Source of the DNA: Wallemia ichthyophaga EXF-994
Taxonomy: Eukaryota > Fungi > Basidiomycota
Direction: 5' to 3'
DNA: 32,000 bases
Assembly: GCF_000400465.1 (NCBI RefSeq)
Contig: NW_008806279.1
Coordinates: 176,107-208,106, forward strand
This document shows, piece by piece, positions 30,188 to 32,000 of the stretch. A program made the translations under genes and the position numbers. Position 1 is the first letter of the stretch. The number at the start of each line of letters is the position of its first letter. The notes beneath the pieces are model-generated. The model was not told the DNA's origin, did no database searches, and was given only the letters and a program-made list of their open reading frames with translations.

Positions 30188-32000
30188 ATGCACGCGCTGA
30201 GAATACAAAACCACGAAATTAAGATTTTGGTGGGATTGACTGTGCTGGCGTTTATAGTAAGGTGCTATAGACTCGGTAGTCCTCCGTCTGTCGTATTCGA
30301 TGAGGTCCATTTCGGTGGCCAGGTTTCCAAATACATTAAGCAGCGGTGGGAGTTGGTATGTTTTGGTGTATCTGCCATACTCATACGCTCTCAGATTCTT
30401 CATGGATGTTCATCCGCCACTCGCTAAGCTTCTCCTCACTGCAGCCGCTGCGTTGTTTGGTTTCACCGGCAATTTCACCTTTGAGCGGATAGGTGAGGAT
30501 TATCTGGCGCATGATGTCCCTTACGTCGCCATGAGAGCCGCTCCCGCGGTTCTGGGTACTGCGTTGACCCCACTCACCTATCGTATCTGTCGATCACTCC
30601 ACCTCAGACCGCTGTCTGCAGTTCTTGGGAGTATTTTGATCACTTTCGATACCGCACTCACCACGCAATCACGCCTTATTCTACTAGACTCTCCTCTCCT
30701 CTTCTTTACTGCCCTTTCCACTCTCTCTTTTATCAGATTCCACAACCAAAACAAGGTAAAAGCCGCGCACTTCACCCAGGAGTGGTGGATGTGGCTCATC
30801 CTCACTGGTCTCTCTTTGGGTGCGGTTGTGAGTGTGAAGTGGGTTGGTCTCTTCACCGTTGCGACCATTGGCGTCGGTACGTTGTGGGAGTTGTGGGAGT
30901 TGCTTGGAGATTTACAGATCCCACCGCGACTACTATTCAAGCACTTTACCACGCGAGCACTCTGTCTCATTGTCCTGCCCATACTCTTCTACCTATGGAT
31001 GTTCGCCATCCACTTATCCATCCTGAATAGGTCTGGGGGTGGGGACACGTTCATGAGTCCCGCATTCCAGCAGTCACTGCGTGGCAACAGGATGCAAGAC
31101 ACGTACGCGCCCGTTGGAATGGGGTCTGAAGTGACCATCCGCCATGTGCACTCACCAGGCGGATATCTGCACTCGCACAAACACGACTACCCCACCGGCT
31201 CATTCCAGCAGCAAATAACACTCTATCCGTATTCCGACGACAACAATATCTGGCAGATTGTAGAACGCAGTCATAACAACGGCGAGGCTGATACACATGA
31301 CTACCATAGTGAGACATTTTCACAGATACACGACGGAGCCGTTGTCCGCTTTTTGCATCTCCTCACTGGCAAACGCCTCCACTCTCACGATCACAAGCCC
31401 CCGGTCAGCGAGGCGGAATTCCAGAGCGAGGTGTCGGGATATGGTTTCGACGACTTTAACGGAGACGCTAATGATAATTTCAAAATAGAGATCGTGGACG
31501 GCGACGCATATGACAGCGCATCGCATAAGCAACTCAAGGCTATCAGGACACATTTCCGGTTGCGACATGTGCTCAGTGGTTGCTATCTCTTCTCACATCG
31601 CGAGAAGCTGCCTGAATGGGGGTACGGGCAGCAGGAGGTGACGTGCAACAAGCAGTCGCCAATGGAGAACAGTGTGTGGTACATCGAGAGCAACACGCAC
31701 GGCCAGCTGGAGGAGAAGGAGAAGGAGAGAGGTGGTGTGGAGATGGTCAACTACCGACCAATGGGATTCCTCGCCAAGTTTATTGAGCTGCAGCGGGTAA
31801 TGTGGGCGGTAAACAATGGGCTAACGGAGCGACACGCGTACGACAGTCGGCCGATATCATGGCCGTTGTTCACTCGTGGCATAAACTACTGGACCAAGGA
31901 CCACAAGCAGGTGTACCTGGTAGGGAACCCGGTAGTGTGGTGGCTCGGTGCGGGGAGTGTGGCGGTGAGTGTGTTGGCGCTGGCAGGTCTTGCAGTAAGT
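30188..32000 (+). CDS. PMT1: Dolichyl-phosphate-mannose protein O-mannosyltransferase, PMT1 subfamily (3' truncated)
   Basis: Exons 30188-30345 and 30395-31994, with a 49-nt intron; a probable next donor GTAAGT is at 31995. Motifs: VVFDEVHFGG, FFMDVHPPLAK, SRLILLDS, SVKWVGLF, MIR domains (GGYLHSH, QQQITLY, KRLHSH) and GNPVVWW. The subfamily call rests on FDEVHFGG. Confidence 0.92.

Noticed and set aside
30579-31568. Short ORF-track entries across 30.6-31.6 kb
   Set aside because: The region is one continuous PMT1 exon (30395-31994), missed by the track probably because it has no stop before the window end.
1-32000. CRISPR arrays, prokaryotic operons or defence systems, transposons, tRNA or rRNA genes, TPP riboswitch
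   Set aside because: The sequence is eukaryotic and almost fully occupied by spliced genes. I saw no spacer arrays, transposase or RT ORFs, TIR+TSD pairs, cloverleafs or TPP consensus by eye; tRNAscan and Infernal were not run.

Overview
Eukaryotic, intron-containing DNA from an extremely compact fungal genome. Gene content, 43-59 nt introns and tiny intergenic gaps suggest a basidiomycete such as Wallemia; this is inference, not verified. I manually spliced 19 protein-coding genes (14 on -, 5 on +) with 45 GT-AG introns, and every complete model reads through in frame: SDS22 (3' part), an F-box-like/ankyrin orphan, DMA1, adenylate cyclase CYR1, a PIN/PILS-like transporter, CHL1, PWP1, a SAMHD1-like dNTPase, parvulin PIN4, an EH-like orphan, glyoxalase II, INCENP, a tandem-CCCH protein, DCTN6, PUP3, YAE1, a DUF3295-like protein, PEP7/VAC1 and PMT1 (5' part). 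Only about 1.8 kb (about 6%) lies between coding regions. I found no rRNA, tRNA, transposon or CRISPR array. Most notable: (1) a hidden 185-nt intron-like element in the PUP3 3' UTR, bracketed by an 11-bp inverted repeat, with C/D-box-like motifs and a competing hairpin; (2) head-to-head start codons only 8 bp (PEP7/PMT1) and 24 bp (SAMHD1-like/PIN4) apart; (3) trains of co-directional genes with gaps as short as 42-61 bp; (4) a PEP7 FYVE domain that appears to have lost one whole zinc site. All gene models were built by hand, and no database searches were run.
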